DNA of 64,000 nucleotides from a bacterium. GTDB lineage: Bacteria; UBA8248. The notes beneath the pieces are model-generated. The model searched no databases. It was not told the origin of the DNA and was given only the letters and a program-made list of their open reading frames with translations. Shown here one piece after another: positions 28,929 through 39,206 of the stretch. The DNA lies in assembly GCA_965221165.1 (NCBI GenBank), contig CBDCRP010000003.1:1952001-2016000 (forward strand), written 5' to 3'. Positions within the stretch are counted from its first letter, which is position 1. Every line of letters begins with the position of its first letter. Both the position numbers and the translations under genes were made by a program.

Positions 28929-29801
28929 ATGATAGACAGCATGACGGGTTACGGGGCGGGAGAGAGGCCGCTGGGAGACGCATCCATCAGCGTGGAGGCG
29001 CGCTCGGTGAATCATCGCTACCTGGAGGTCTCCTGCAAAGGGCCGCGCTGGTCGCTCCCGCTGGAGGGCGAAGTGCGCGAGGCGGTGAAAAAGCGCTTCT
29101 CCAGAGGGCGCTTCGACATTTATATCCGCCTGGGCGAGGGTGCGAAGGACGTGTCGCCCATCGACGCGGGCGCCGCGAAATCCCTCCTCGTGAACCTGAA
29201 ATCCCTGAAAGATGAACTGGGAATCACGGGCGAGGTGGACTTTTCGATACTCGCCGGCTTCAGGGACCTGCTCAAAAGCGCAGACCCCGAGCCGGACAAA
29301 GACGACGTTCAGGCCGTCTTGATGGAATCGCTCGACGATGCGCTCGCCGCTCTGGGGAGTATGCGCGAAAAAGAGGGGAGCGCGCTCGCGAAAGACCTGG
29401 GCGACCACCTCGGGGCGGTGCAGAGACAATGCGGGGAAATCCGCGAACGCCTGCCCGAGGCGCGAAAAATGCTCACCGCGCGGATGCGCGAGCGCATTCT
29501 CGAAATCGCCGACGGGATCGAGGTGGACGAAGGGAGGCTCGAGCAGGAAATGATCCACGCCGCCGAGCGCGGGGACATCAGCGAGGAGCTCAGCCGTCTG
29601 GACAGCCACATCGTCCAGTTCCGGGAGATGCTCGAAAACAAAGGCCCCATCGGCCGCAAACTCGATTTCCTCACCCAGGAGATGAACCGCGAGGCCAATA
29701 CGATTTCGTCGAAATCCATCGACCTCACCCTCACGCAAAGCGCGGTCGAGGTGAAAAGCGCCATCGAGAAAATCCGCGAACAAGTGCAGAACGTGGAATG
29801 A
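28929..29801 (+). CDS. yicC: YicC/YloC family endoribonuclease
   Basis: SMTGYG, SVNHRYLE, GRKLDFL.QEMNREANT, REQVQNVE. Confidence 0.95.
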   Translation: MIDSMTGYGAGERPLGDASISVEARSVNHRYLEVSCKGPRWSLPLEGEVREAVKKRFSRGRFDIYIRLGEGAKDVSPIDAGAAKSLLVNLKSLKDELGITGEVDFSILAGFRDLLKSADPEPDKDDVQAVLMESLDDALAALGSMREKEGSALAKDLGDHLGAVQRQCGEIRERLPEARKMLTARMRERILEIADGIEVDEGRLEQEMIHAAERGDISEELSRLDSHIVQFREMLENKGPIGRKLDFLTQEMNREANTISSKSIDLTLTQSAVEVKSAIEKIREQVQNVE

Positions 29802-30379
29802 TGAGAAGCCGGGGCCATCTTTTCGTTCTCTCCGCTCCTTCGGGGGCGGGCAAATCCACGCTCATAGAACGCTCATGCCAGGAACTCCCGGACATCTGGC
29901 ACTCGATAAGCGCGACGACGCGGTCAAAGCGCGATTACGAGGAAGACGGGATTCACTACCATTTCATGGAGCAGGCGAAGTTCGACGAGATGATCGCCAA
30001 AAACGAATTTCTCGAATGGGCGCGGGTTTTCGACGAATGCTACGGAACGCCTTCAGACGACGTCGACGCGCATCTGGTAAGGGGAAACGACGTCATCATG
30101 GACTTGGACGTGCAGGGAGCACTACAGGTCAAGCGAAGGCGAACGGAGGCGAGCCTCATCTTCGTCATGCCGCCCTCACTCGATGAGTTGTCCAATCGCC
30201 TCAAGCGCCGGGCGACGGAAACCGGTGAGGATGTCGCATTCCGGCTCTCGAGAGCAGAGGAAGAGATGGCGCAAAGCTATCAGTACGACCACGTCATCAT
30301 CAACGACGATCTCGACCTGGCCTTTCAGGAACTGAAAAAGATTATTCTGGAACAACGAGGGGAGGTCCCTTCCTGGTGA
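29798..30379 (+). CDS. gmk: Guanylate kinase
   Basis: SAPSGAGKST, SATTR, DGIHYHF, YGT, DVQGA. Confidence 0.96.
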   Translation: MMRSRGHLFVLSAPSGAGKSTLIERSCQELPDIWHSISATTRSKRDYEEDGIHYHFMEQAKFDEMIAKNEFLEWARVFDECYGTPSDDVDAHLVRGNDVIMDLDVQGALQVKRRRTEASLIFVMPPSLDELSNRLKRRATETGEDVAFRLSRAEEEMAQSYQYDHVIINDDLDLAFQELKKIILEQRGEVPSW

Positions 30380-31617
30380 GCGAACACTCCCCGCCCCCTC
30401 TTGCGGACAAAAAAACGGTCTTAGGCGTATCGGGCGGAATCGCCTCCTATAAATCCATCGACCTGGCGCGCCTCCTCGTCCTCGATGGCGCGGAGGTGCA
30501 GACGGTTCTGACCCAAAGCGCCGCCTCCTTCGTTCAGCCCCTGCCCTTCGAGGTGCTCACCGGCAAGACGCCCATCCAGAGAATGTTCCCTATGGAGGGG
30601 GGCGGGTTCACGGGAGACATGCCCCACATCTCCCTGACGGAGGGCGCGGACCTGATACTCATCGCGCCGGCCACGGCGAACGTCATCGCCAAGTTCGCGC
30701 ACGGGGTGGGGGATGATTTTCTCTCCACTCTTCTACTTTCCGCAAAGCCGCCGGTCTTGATCGCGCCCGCCATGAATCCGCGCATGTGGGCCTCCCCGGC
30801 CGTTCAGGAGAACGCAGGAAACCTGCGCGAGAGAGGCCACGTCGTCATGGAGCCGGGCGCCGGCCGCATGGCCCGCGCAGAAGAAGGAACCGGCAGGGGA
30901 CGGATGCCCGAACCACAGGACATACTTCTGGCCGCGCGCCGTATTCTCGTGCCGAATCCCGATCTCTCGGGCATGAAGCTGCTGGTTACGGCGGGACCTA
31001 CGCGCGAAAGATGGGACGCCGTGCGTTATCTCTCGAACCGCTCGAGCGGGAAGATGGGCTTCGCCCTCGCGCGAGAAGCCGTCCGCAGGGGAGCGGACGT
31101 CGTTCTCGTGAGCGGCCCCGCCGCCCTGCCCGACCCGCAGGGGGTGCGGGTGGTTCGCGTGGAATCGGCCGCCGACATGTATGAGGCCGTGAAAAGCGAA
31201 TGGCCAGACGCGCACGCCCTCGTCATGGCCGCTGCCGTGGCGGACTATCGCCCGCTCGCTCCATCGGCGCAGAAACACAAAAAAGGCGACGCTCCCCTCG
31301 CCATAGAACTCACGCGAACGACCGACATACTCGCCGAACTTGGGACGCGCAAGGGAAGCAGAATCCTCGTCGGCTTCGCCGCTGAAACCGAAGAGGTGCT
31401 CGAGCGCGCAAAAGACAAGCTCAAGCGCAAGGGGCTCGACTTCATCGTGGCGAACAAGGTCGCGGGCGAAGAGGACGCGATGGGCGCCGACGCTTCGCGC
31501 GCCTGGATCATCGACGCCGGGGAGGGAACGCAAGAACTCCCGGCGCTCGAAAAAGGGCTTCTGGCGGGCCGCATCCTCGACCGCCTCGCAAAAATGTGGC
31601 AAAACATTTCATCATAA
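30376..31617 (+). CDS. coaBC: Phosphopantothenoylcysteine decarboxylase/ligase
   Basis: GGIASYK, APAMN, TAGPTRE, SNRSSGKMG, AAVADY, GFAAET. Confidence 0.96.
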   Translation: MSEHSPPPLADKKTVLGVSGGIASYKSIDLARLLVLDGAEVQTVLTQSAASFVQPLPFEVLTGKTPIQRMFPMEGGGFTGDMPHISLTEGADLILIAPATANVIAKFAHGVGDDFLSTLLLSAKPPVLIAPAMNPRMWASPAVQENAGNLRERGHVVMEPGAGRMARAEEGTGRGRMPEPQDILLAARRILVPNPDLSGMKLLVTAGPTRERWDAVRYLSNRSSGKMGFALAREAVRRGADVVLVSGPAALPDPQGVRVVRVESAADMYEAVKSEWPDAHALVMAAAVADYRPLAPSAQKHKKGDAPLAIELTRTTDILAELGTRKGSRILVGFAAETEEVLERAKDKLKRKGLDFIVANKVAGEEDAMGADASRAWIIDAGEGTQELPALEKGLLAGRILDRLAKMWQNISS

Positions 31618-31650
31618 ATCTTTTTTCCGACGCGCCCGCCGGTCGAGACG

Positions 31651-32517
31651 ATGAACCATCGCGCAGAACTGATTCAGGGAATTCTGGGACATCTTAGAAA
31701 CCAGAAGGCCGCAGGCGTCGAATACGTGAGCCTGGGAACTCCCCGGAATATCGCTCCCGAGGTCACGCACGCCACGGAAGCTCCTCCTGCACGGGCGCCT
31801 GAACCCGTCGAAAATCCCGGGCAGCAAGCCCTGATTCCCCAGGCTGCGCCTGCGCCCGAACCCACTCTGGCCCCCATGGCGAAGCGCAGAGACCCCGGCC
31901 CCGAGCCGCCGCCCCTGCCCTTCGATCCGGATGCCGAGATGTCGCTCGACGGGTTATTCGCCGCCGTGGACGGCTGCCTGCGCTGCAAGCTGGGAGCCGG
32001 TCGGACGAACCTCGTGTTCGGGGTGGGGAACCCGGCGGCGGACCTCGTCATCGTCGGGGAAGCGCCCGGGGCCAACGAAGACGCGGAGGGAATTCCCTTC
32101 GTGGGCCGGGCGGGCCAGATGCTGACCAAGATGATCGAAAACGTCATCGAAGTCCCCCGCCAGGATGTCTATATCTGCAACATCTTAAAATGCCGCCCGC
32201 CGGGCAACCGCAATCCCGAACCGGATGAGATCGACTGCTGCGAACCCTACCTCCACAAGCAACTCGCCATCATTCGGCCCAAACTCATTCTGGCTTTGGG
32301 GAAATTCGCCGCGCAGTGGCTGCTCCAGACGAAAACGCCCATCGGCAGGCTCCGGGGAAAATTCGGACGCTACCAGGGAATCCCCTGTCTCGCGACGTAC
32401 CATCCGGCATACCTGCTCAGAAACCCGCGCGACAAACGCCTGGTGCTGGACGACCTGCTAAAAGCGAAAGCGGTGTACCACGGAGAGACGGAAGCCGAAA
32501 TCGAACTTTTCCGCTAG
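31651..32517 (+). CDS. udg: Uracil-DNA glycosylase family 4
   Basis: CLRCKL, GEAPG, FVGRAG, KCRPP.NR, YHPAY. Confidence 0.92.
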   Translation: MNHRAELIQGILGHLRNQKAAGVEYVSLGTPRNIAPEVTHATEAPPARAPEPVENPGQQALIPQAAPAPEPTLAPMAKRRDPGPEPPPLPFDPDAEMSLDGLFAAVDGCLRCKLGAGRTNLVFGVGNPAADLVIVGEAPGANEDAEGIPFVGRAGQMLTKMIENVIEVPRQDVYICNILKCRPPGNRNPEPDEIDCCEPYLHKQLAIIRPKLILALGKFAAQWLLQTKTPIGRLRGKFGRYQGIPCLATYHPAYLLRNPRDKRLVLDDLLKAKAVYHGETEAEIELFR

Positions 32518-32542
32518 ACCCAAGATAATCAGGCGAGACGGT

Positions 32543-32970
<428 letters not shown>

Positions 32971-33063
32971 CTAAACAAATGATTGTCCGCCAGATTGCAC
33001 AAGCAGCTTTCCGGGGATTGTTTTTCTCGATTTTCAGGTAATCCCGCTTTCGGGGCAACCCCT

Positions 33064-33119
33064 GGTGATGGAACTCGCCACTTCCGAAGCGTCGGGGATG
33101 CGCGTTTGATTTCCCATAC
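33064..33119 (+). promoter_or_regulatory. Possible degenerate fluoride (crcB) riboswitch-like element
   Basis: P1-like GGTGA-TGGAAC-TCGCC, small stem GCGTC/GATGC, then TGATTTCCCATAC. Confidence 0.3.
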
Positions 33120-33197
33120 GAAATATAAGATAAGGTCTTTGCATTTTCGCCCACAAATCACCGAAATCACCTGCCCGACCAAACAGGAGGAGCGTCG

Positions 33198-33977
33198 ATG
33201 GGGGAGAGACCAGCGGCGAGCCTGAGTGGCAAGGACCGCCTTATCGTTGCGCTGGACGCGCCGACGCACGAGGAAGCGCTCACACTGGTTGAAAAACTGG
33301 AGAACGTCTCTTTTTTCAAGGTCGGTCTTGAACTCTTTCTCGCGGGAAACCTGCTTGGATTCATCAAGGAACTTCAGGAGCGCCGCTCCGGCGAAAGCGG
33401 GGTGTTCGTCGACCTGAAGCTCTCGGGAGACATCGGCAACACGATCTCCAGGTTCATCGAGGGCTGCATGGCACTGAACGTCAAGTTCGTTACACTTACC
33501 GAGTCCATGCCGTATGTGATGACGACCAGGACGATTGAAACCGCGCTGAAAACCCGCGGGGAAGCGGAGCACCCCAAACTCTTGATGGTGCCGCTGCTTT
33601 CGAGTCTGAGTGACGATGATTTGCGCAGCGAAGGAATTACAGGAACGGATTCAACGCAGTACATTCTCGATCGGGGAGAAAAGCTGCTCGTTGAGGGTTG
33701 TGACGGGTTGATCGTTTCAGGCGACGCCATCAAGGCCTGCCGCGAAAGATTCCCGAATGCCGATATCGTAAGCCCGGGAATCAGGCCGGCATGGGCCGGA
33801 TCCGATGATCACAAACGACACACGACACCGGCGGAAGCCATTCGCATGGGTTCTGACTATCTCGTCGTGGGCAGGCCCATCACGAAAAGCGACGACCCGT
33901 TCAGTGCGGCCAAGGCGATCATCGACGAGATGGATGAAGCGCTTGAGCACAGAAATTCCGTCGCCGCGTTGGGTTAG
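33198..33977 (+). CDS. pyrF: Orotidine-5'-phosphate decarboxylase (divergent)
   Basis: LIVALD, FKVG, DLK..DI.NT, SPGIR, DDHKR, VVGRPI. Confidence 0.85.
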   Translation: MGERPAASLSGKDRLIVALDAPTHEEALTLVEKLENVSFFKVGLELFLAGNLLGFIKELQERRSGESGVFVDLKLSGDIGNTISRFIEGCMALNVKFVTLTESMPYVMTTRTIETALKTRGEAEHPKLLMVPLLSSLSDDDLRSEGITGTDSTQYILDRGEKLLVEGCDGLIVSGDAIKACRERFPNADIVSPGIRPAWAGSDDHKRHTTPAEAIRMGSDYLVVGRPITKSDDPFSAAKAIIDEMDEALEHRNSVAALG

Positions 33978-34118
33978 TCTTTCGCGCCGCTGGATATTCC
34001 AGGAAAACCTCCCTCCGCTGAACATCCAAGTTTACCTTGATGTGGGAATTTGATTCAGAAAATTATTTTTGAGACGCCAGTTTGATTCGGTCGTCTTCAG
34101 ATGCACGCCCCCGTGTGT

Positions 34119-34565
34119 CTATCCGGTTCTTTCCAGCAATTCCCGAAGCGCCTTCGCGCTATCCTCGGTGCGTTCGATCAACGCATCCGTCGCTTTCGCG
34201 CCATTCTCGACGCGTTCGATCAACGCCTCCGTACTGGCCCCGGTGCGCTCGATCAACGCATCGGTCGCTTTCGTGCCACTCTCGACACGCTCGATCAGTG
34301 CCTTCCAACTACCCTCGGTGCGTGCAAGCGTAGCTTCCAGCGATTTCGTGTTGACTGCGGTGCGCTCGAGCAAGGCATCAAGCGCTTTCGTTTGGTTGTC
34401 CAGCGCTATGGTCTGATTGTCCAGAACCCTGTCTCTATGTTTTGACGCCTTGTGCATCATGAAAAGCCCGCATCCTATCAAGGCGCACTGGGCGATGCCG
34501 ACTCCAGCGGCAACATAAATGCTCCACCCTTGCAATTCGAGCGTCGCCATCTGGAATTCCGTCAT
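34119..34565 (-). CDS. Membrane-anchored coiled-coil protein with ALIER(T/V) repeats
   Basis: N-terminal TM helix then repeated KA(T/L)DALIERT units; start approximate (MTEFQ). Confidence 0.6.
   Translation of the reverse strand: MTEFQMATLELQGWSIYVAAGVGIAQCALIGCGLFMMHKASKHRDRVLDNQTIALDNQTKALDALLERTAVNTKSLEATLARTEGSWKALIERVESGTKATDALIERTGASTEALIERVENGAKATDALIERTEDSAKALRELLERTG
34168..34392. repeat. Imperfect 75-bp coding tandem repeat
   Basis: Units start at 34168, 34243 and 34318; first two begin GTGCG(T/C)TCGATCAACGCATC, third is degenerate. Confidence 0.75.
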
Positions 34566-34690
34566 TTCTCGTTCCCTCTCGCATTTCAATAAAGCGGCAA
34601 CAGAAATATCTCCCGATGCACTGGAAATGTCAAAATGGGATCCCCATAGAGGAAAAGCATAGCGACTCGGCTCTTAAGTATATTTCCCCA

Positions 34691-36142
34691 TCATTTATCC
34701 TTCCGCCTCGCCCTTCTTCCCGGCATGGCGGGGTCGGTGGGCCGGCGGTCGTCCATGGATTTCTCATCGGGTATGTTCAAGCGCTCCCCCAGGCGTTCGT
34801 TCAGTATCTCCTCGCGCCTGTCGAGTCTTTTTTGCACCTCCGCCTCGTAGCCCCGGGAGGTGGGATGATAAAACCGCGTCCCCTGCAACCCCTCCGGCAT
34901 GCCCTCCATCTCCACCACCGCGTCGTCGAACTGGTGCGCGTGCCGGTAGCCCTCGCCATAGCCCAAATCCCGCATCAGGCCGGTCGGCGCGTTTCTCAGA
35001 TGATGCGGTACGGGGCGCGCGTCGTGCTCGCGCACGGTGCGCTCGGCGGCCCCGAAGCCACGGTAGACCGCATCGCTCTTGGGGGCTTGGGCGAGATAGA
35101 CCACCGCCTGGGCGATGGCGAGTTTCCCCTCGGGGGGGCCGATGAAATGAAACGCCTGCTGGGCGGCGGTCGCCACGCTCAGCGCATCGGGGTCCGCCAT
35201 GCCGACGTCCTCGGAGGCGAACCGCACGATGCGCCTCAATATGTACATGGGGTCTTCTCCCCCATCGAGCATTCGCGCGAGCCAATAAAGCGCAGCGTCG
35301 GGGTCGGAGGCGCGCATGGTCTTGTGAAGGGCCGAGATGAGATTGTAGTGCTCCTCGCCCGATTTATCATAAAGAAGCGTCTTGCGCTGGGCGGCCTCTC
35401 CCACGAGGTTCAAGTCGATGCGGCCGTTCGCACCGGCGAGGGAAGCGGCGGCCTCGAGAATATTGAGGGCCGAGCGCGCATCTCCGCTGCTTAGGCTCGC
35501 GACCCGGCGCAGGGCCTCATCCTCCGCACCGAGGCCCATGCTCCCCAAACCCCGCTCTCTGTCCTTCAGGGCGCGATGAAGCAGAGCGACGATGTGCTCT
35601 TCCTTCAACCCCTCCAGCACGAACACGCGCGCGCGGGAGAGCAGGGGGGCGATGACCTCGAAAGAGGGGTTTTCCGTCGTCGCGCCGATGAGAACCACCG
35701 CCCCGCTTTCCACGTGCGGCAGGAGGCCGTCCTGCTGGGCCTTGTTGAATCGGTGAATCTCGTCGATGAACAGTATCGTCCGGACGTTCCTGCGCCTCAT
35801 GCGCTTCGCCTCGTCCACGGCGGCGCGCAATTCCTTGACCCCGTGGAGCACCGCGCTCAGCGTGATGAAGTGCGCGTTCGTCCTCCCGGCGATGATGCGC
35901 GCGAGGGTCGTCTTCCCCGTGCCGGGCGGCCCCCAGAAGATGAACGGGCGCAAGGCGTCTTCCTCCACGGCGCGCCTGAGCACGCGGCCCGGGCCGATGA
36001 GATGCTCCTGCCCCAGTACCTCGTCGAGCGTTTTGGGGCGCATGCGCTCTGCCAGGGGGGCTGCGGAGTCGACTCTTGCTTCCGGCGCTTCGCCCGCGCC
36101 GCTTTCGTCGTCTTCCGCCGGGTCGAACAGGCTTCTCTCCAA
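34691..36142 (-). CDS. rarA: Replication-associated recombination protein A
   Basis: [51 protein letters not shown]. Confidence 0.95.
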   Translation of the reverse strand: MERSLFDPAEDDESGAGEAPEARVDSAAPLAERMRPKTLDEVLGQEHLIGPGRVLRRAVEEDALRPFIFWGPPGTGKTTLARIIAGRTNAHFITLSAVLHGVKELRAAVDEAKRMRRRNVRTILFIDEIHRFNKAQQDGLLPHVESGAVVLIGATTENPSFEVIAPLLSRARVFVLEGLKEEHIVALLHRALKDRERGLGSMGLGAEDEALRRVASLSSGDARSALNILEAAASLAGANGRIDLNLVGEAAQRKTLLYDKSGEEHYNLISALHKTMRASDPDAALYWLARMLDGGEDPMYILRRIVRFASEDVGMADPDALSVATAAQQAFHFIGPPEGKLAIAQAVVYLAQAPKSDAVYRGFGAAERTVREHDARPVPHHLRNAPTGLMRDLGYGEGYRHAHQFDDAVVEMEGMPEGLQGTRFYHPTSRGYEAEVQKRLDRREEILNERLGERLNIPDEKSMDDRRPTDPAMPGRRARRKDK

Positions 36143-36278
36143 TGTGCGCTCCTTTTTAAGAAACGACCCATTGTAGCACCCGTTTTTCAGGTTTCAGAAA
36201 ATTATTTTCATTTTGCCGCATGGAATACGTGGAGGGGCTGAGGCACGGTTCCGCCCATGCGCAGAGCGCGATGGTTTC

Positions 36279-36489
36279 GTAGGGGCGCTTCGTGAAGCGC
36301 CCGCCTCCTCCGTCAAGGGCCGTGCGCGAACGCGGGACGACCCCGGGGAGGGATTCGTTCCCTGCGCCCCCCGGCGCATCGTTCTCCCGGATTTCGAAAT
36401 TCCTCCCTCTTCGGTAGGGACAACCCCCCGTGGTTGTCCTTTGTCAGGCCCGGCGTGGACCGCGGACAGGCACGGGGGCCTGTCCCTAC
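36279..36489. repeat. GTAG-type REP palindromes including an inverted doublet
   Basis: GTAGGGGCGCTTCGTGAAGCGCCC at 36279; GTAGGGACAACCCCCCGTGGTTGTCC at 36414 with inverted partner GGACAGGCACGGGGGCCTGTCCCTAC ending at 36489. Confidence 0.75.
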
Positions 36490-36976
36490 GATTAACCCTC
36501 CCGCATCGGTCGGAATTGATCCTCCTCCCCGTCGGAAAACCGCAGTATTCCCCTCCTCGGGGCGGGGTGACCTTAAAGGGTGGTCGCCACTTGCCCCTCA
36601 TCGGTCGCAAACCCTCCTTCCTCAGTCGGGTTTGACCCAGCATTTGCCGTTATCGTCCGGGCTTGGGGCCATGCCGGAACGGCGCCGCGGGCCGGTGCGT
36701 CGGGGCCACCCGGAATTGGTGAAAAAAGGGAAAAAATAGTAAAAAAAGGCGAAAATATCTGAAAATAAGTGAAAATTTATCGCGTTGTTTTCAAATGACT
36801 TACAGGGAATCTGCCCCCGTTTGGCCGCACAGGGGGGCCGGGAGTTTCTCACGCGCGTCATCTGTGGGATATTCGGAGGGGGCGTCTCCGGCTCGCCGAT
36901 ATGGGCGGAAAAGATACCGGAAGGCTTCTTTTGCGTTTTCATGGAACATTGCTTTTCCAGCACCCAGGGGGTATTC

Positions 36977-37366
36977 ATGGAAAAAAAGGTCATTCATACC
37001 GACAAGGCCGCATCCGGCAAGGTGCCGTTATCCCAGGCCATTCAGATTGGAGAGTGGCTCCACTGCTCGGGGCAGTTGCCCATCGATCCCAAGACGGGAG
37101 AACTCGTTCCGGGTGGCGCAGCCGAGCAGACGCGCCAAATCATCGAGAATCTAAAAGCTGTGTGCGAGGCAGGCGGCACTTCCTTGAAAAATGCCGTAAA
37201 AGTCACTATTTTCATGGAATATCTGGCGGATCTGCAGGAAATGAACGCAGTGTTCGAGGAATATTTCGGGACGGAAGACCCACCGGCGCGAACGACTTTT
37301 CAGGCGTCAAAAATCATCGCAGGCGCGAAACTCGAAATCGAACTGCTGGCGTTCATCCCCCAATAA
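36977..37366 (+). CDS. ridA: RidA/YjgF family enamine deaminase
   Basis: SQAI, SGQLP, VKVTIF, MNAVF, PART, LEIE. Confidence 0.88.
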   Translation: MEKKVIHTDKAASGKVPLSQAIQIGEWLHCSGQLPIDPKTGELVPGGAAEQTRQIIENLKAVCEAGGTSLKNAVKVTIFMEYLADLQEMNAVFEEYFGTEDPPARTTFQASKIIAGAKLEIELLAFIPQ

Positions 37367-37398
37367 TATTCATTCCCCGATAGCAAGAGGAGAACCTT

Positions 37399-38028
37399 TT
37401 GGCCACAAGAGCACCCCAGGTTGGAATACTGATGGGAAGCGCATCGGATAAACCCGTGATGGAAGAAGCCGTCAAAGCGCTGGATATTTTCAACATTCCC
37501 TCCGAAATGAGAATCTTATCGGCCCACCGCACGCCCGACGCCGTTCATAAGTATGTAAAAACGGCGCCTGAGCGCGGAATCCGGGTACTGATCGCAGGAG
37601 CAGGCATGTCGGCGCACTTGGCGGGCGTCGTAGGCGCCGCCACGGATCTGCCCGTGATAGGGGTTCCCATCGACAGTTCCTCGCTCGGCGGCCTCGACTC
37701 TCTTCTCTCCACAGTACAAATGCCTCCCGGCATTCCCGTGGCGACGATGGGAATCGGCGGCCCCGGGGCCAGGAACGCAGCCCTTCACGCCACTCGAATA
37801 CTCGCTTTGACCGACTCGAAACTAGCGAAGGAATACCGACGTTTCGCGCAGCAGCAAACCGAGAAGGTCCTGGCCGCGGACGCCGCGCTCCAAAAAGAAA
37901 TCTCTCCTCCAACCGTCCAAACGCAAAAAGACGGCTCGGCTCAACCCAAGAGTGACGCCAGAAAAAGTTCCGGGCAAAAACCAAGACCCAAGCGGAGTCG
38001 CCCCAAGAGAACATTCCGGAAAAAATAG
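37399..38028 (+). CDS. purE: N5-CAIR mutase
   Basis: MGSASD, SAHRTP, AGMSAHLAG, QMPPGIPVAT. Confidence 0.95.
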   Translation: MATRAPQVGILMGSASDKPVMEEAVKALDIFNIPSEMRILSAHRTPDAVHKYVKTAPERGIRVLIAGAGMSAHLAGVVGAATDLPVIGVPIDSSSLGGLDSLLSTVQMPPGIPVATMGIGGPGARNAALHATRILALTDSKLAKEYRRFAQQQTEKVLAADAALQKEISPPTVQTQKDGSAQPKSDARKSSGQKPRPKRSRPKRTFRKK

Positions 38029-38031
38029 ACA

Positions 38032-38682
38032 GTGGGTAGAATCCTCTCGGTGAACCCTGATTCACCAGAAGAAGAAGTCATTCGGCAGGCCGGCGAAGAG
38101 CTGATTTCCGGAAACATCATCGCTTTGCCCACGGATACGATTTATGGGCTATGCGCACGCGCCTTCGATGAAAAAGCCATCGAGAGACTCTACGAAGTAA
38201 AGGGAAGAAAAGATGAAAAGGGCGCCCCTGTCCTTATCGGGCAACGCTCCCAGTTAAAAGGCCTTGCCAGCGACATCTCCACGCGCGCAGCGCGCTTAAT
38301 CGATAGTTTATGGCCTTCAGGGCTGACTCTGGTTCTGCCCGCATGCCCTAAACTCTCTCCCCGACTCTCTGAAGGCGGCATGAACATCGCCGTTCGCATG
38401 CCCGCTCTTGCGCTTTGCCATAGCCTAGCCATGCAGGTCGGCCCGTTCGTGGCAACAAGCGCGAACCTATCCGGTGAGCCTTCACTCAATAGCGCTCAAG
38501 AAATCTCGGCTCGATTTCAAAACAAGGTGACGTTGGTTTTAGACGGCGGGAAAATAGAGAATACCTTGCCTTCCACCGTGGTGGACGCAAGAGGAGAGAA
38601 ACCAAAGCTCTTGCGCGAAGGTATGGTCGATTTCGCATCGGTGGTTCAAGTCTGGAATAAAGCGGAAGAGCAGGCGCCCTGA
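38032..38682 (+). CDS. tsaC: L-threonylcarbamoyladenylate synthase
   Basis: PTDTIYGL, KGR, TSANLSG, PSTVVD, LREG. Confidence 0.92.
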   Translation: MGRILSVNPDSPEEEVIRQAGEELISGNIIALPTDTIYGLCARAFDEKAIERLYEVKGRKDEKGAPVLIGQRSQLKGLASDISTRAARLIDSLWPSGLTLVLPACPKLSPRLSEGGMNIAVRMPALALCHSLAMQVGPFVATSANLSGEPSLNSAQEISARFQNKVTLVLDGGKIENTLPSTVVDARGEKPKLLREGMVDFASVVQVWNKAEEQAP

Positions 38683-38685
38683 ATT

Positions 38686-38985
38686 TTATTCCGGCGCCGG
38701 CATATTCAATACGATTCGGCCTTCTCCTTCGACGATACACTGACAAGCCAGCCGATATTCATCCGGATTCCATCCATAGGCATCCAGCGTATCTTTTTCG
38801 TCTTCTTGTTGTGGAGAGAGAAACTCGGCTCCCGAAATCACGACCACCTTACAGGTAGAACACGCACAATTACCGCCACAATCACAGGTATGGTCAACAC
38901 CATTATCCATATCCGCGTCAAGTATGGAATCTCCAATCTCCGTCTCATATTCAGCATCCAGGTTCTCGTATCGAATAACGCTCAA
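38686..38985 (-). CDS. 2Fe-2S ferredoxin (adrenodoxin-like)
   Basis: CGGNCACSTC..RLACQ; TTG start after GGAGG. Confidence 0.88.
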   Translation of the reverse strand: MSVIRYENLDAEYETEIGDSILDADMDNGVDHTCDCGGNCACSTCKVVVISGAEFLSPQQEDEKDTLDAYGWNPDEYRLACQCIVEGEGRIVLNMPAPE

Positions 38986-39206
38986 AAAACAACCTCCCGA
39001 AAAAACAGTAAAATAAAATTTCCGAGACAGTACGCTCATAAAACGATTTTCGCAGGCATGGGGATTCTACGAAATCCCATCCTCCCCGGGCCAAATTTAT
39101 TACCCTTTTTCACGCTATTCAACAAGCGCCTTCAAGAGTTTTTACGTTGTATCTTAAACAATGGCGAGCCTGAACATGCAGATTTGCGGGAAGACGGGGA
39201 GATACG

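Noticed and set aside
28809-29783. N-terminal 325 aa of the 918-aa minus-strand ORF, suggesting a giant RqcH fusion
   Set aside because: It is the antisense shadow of yicC; RqcH similarity begins at ATG 28808, which has a GGAGG RBS
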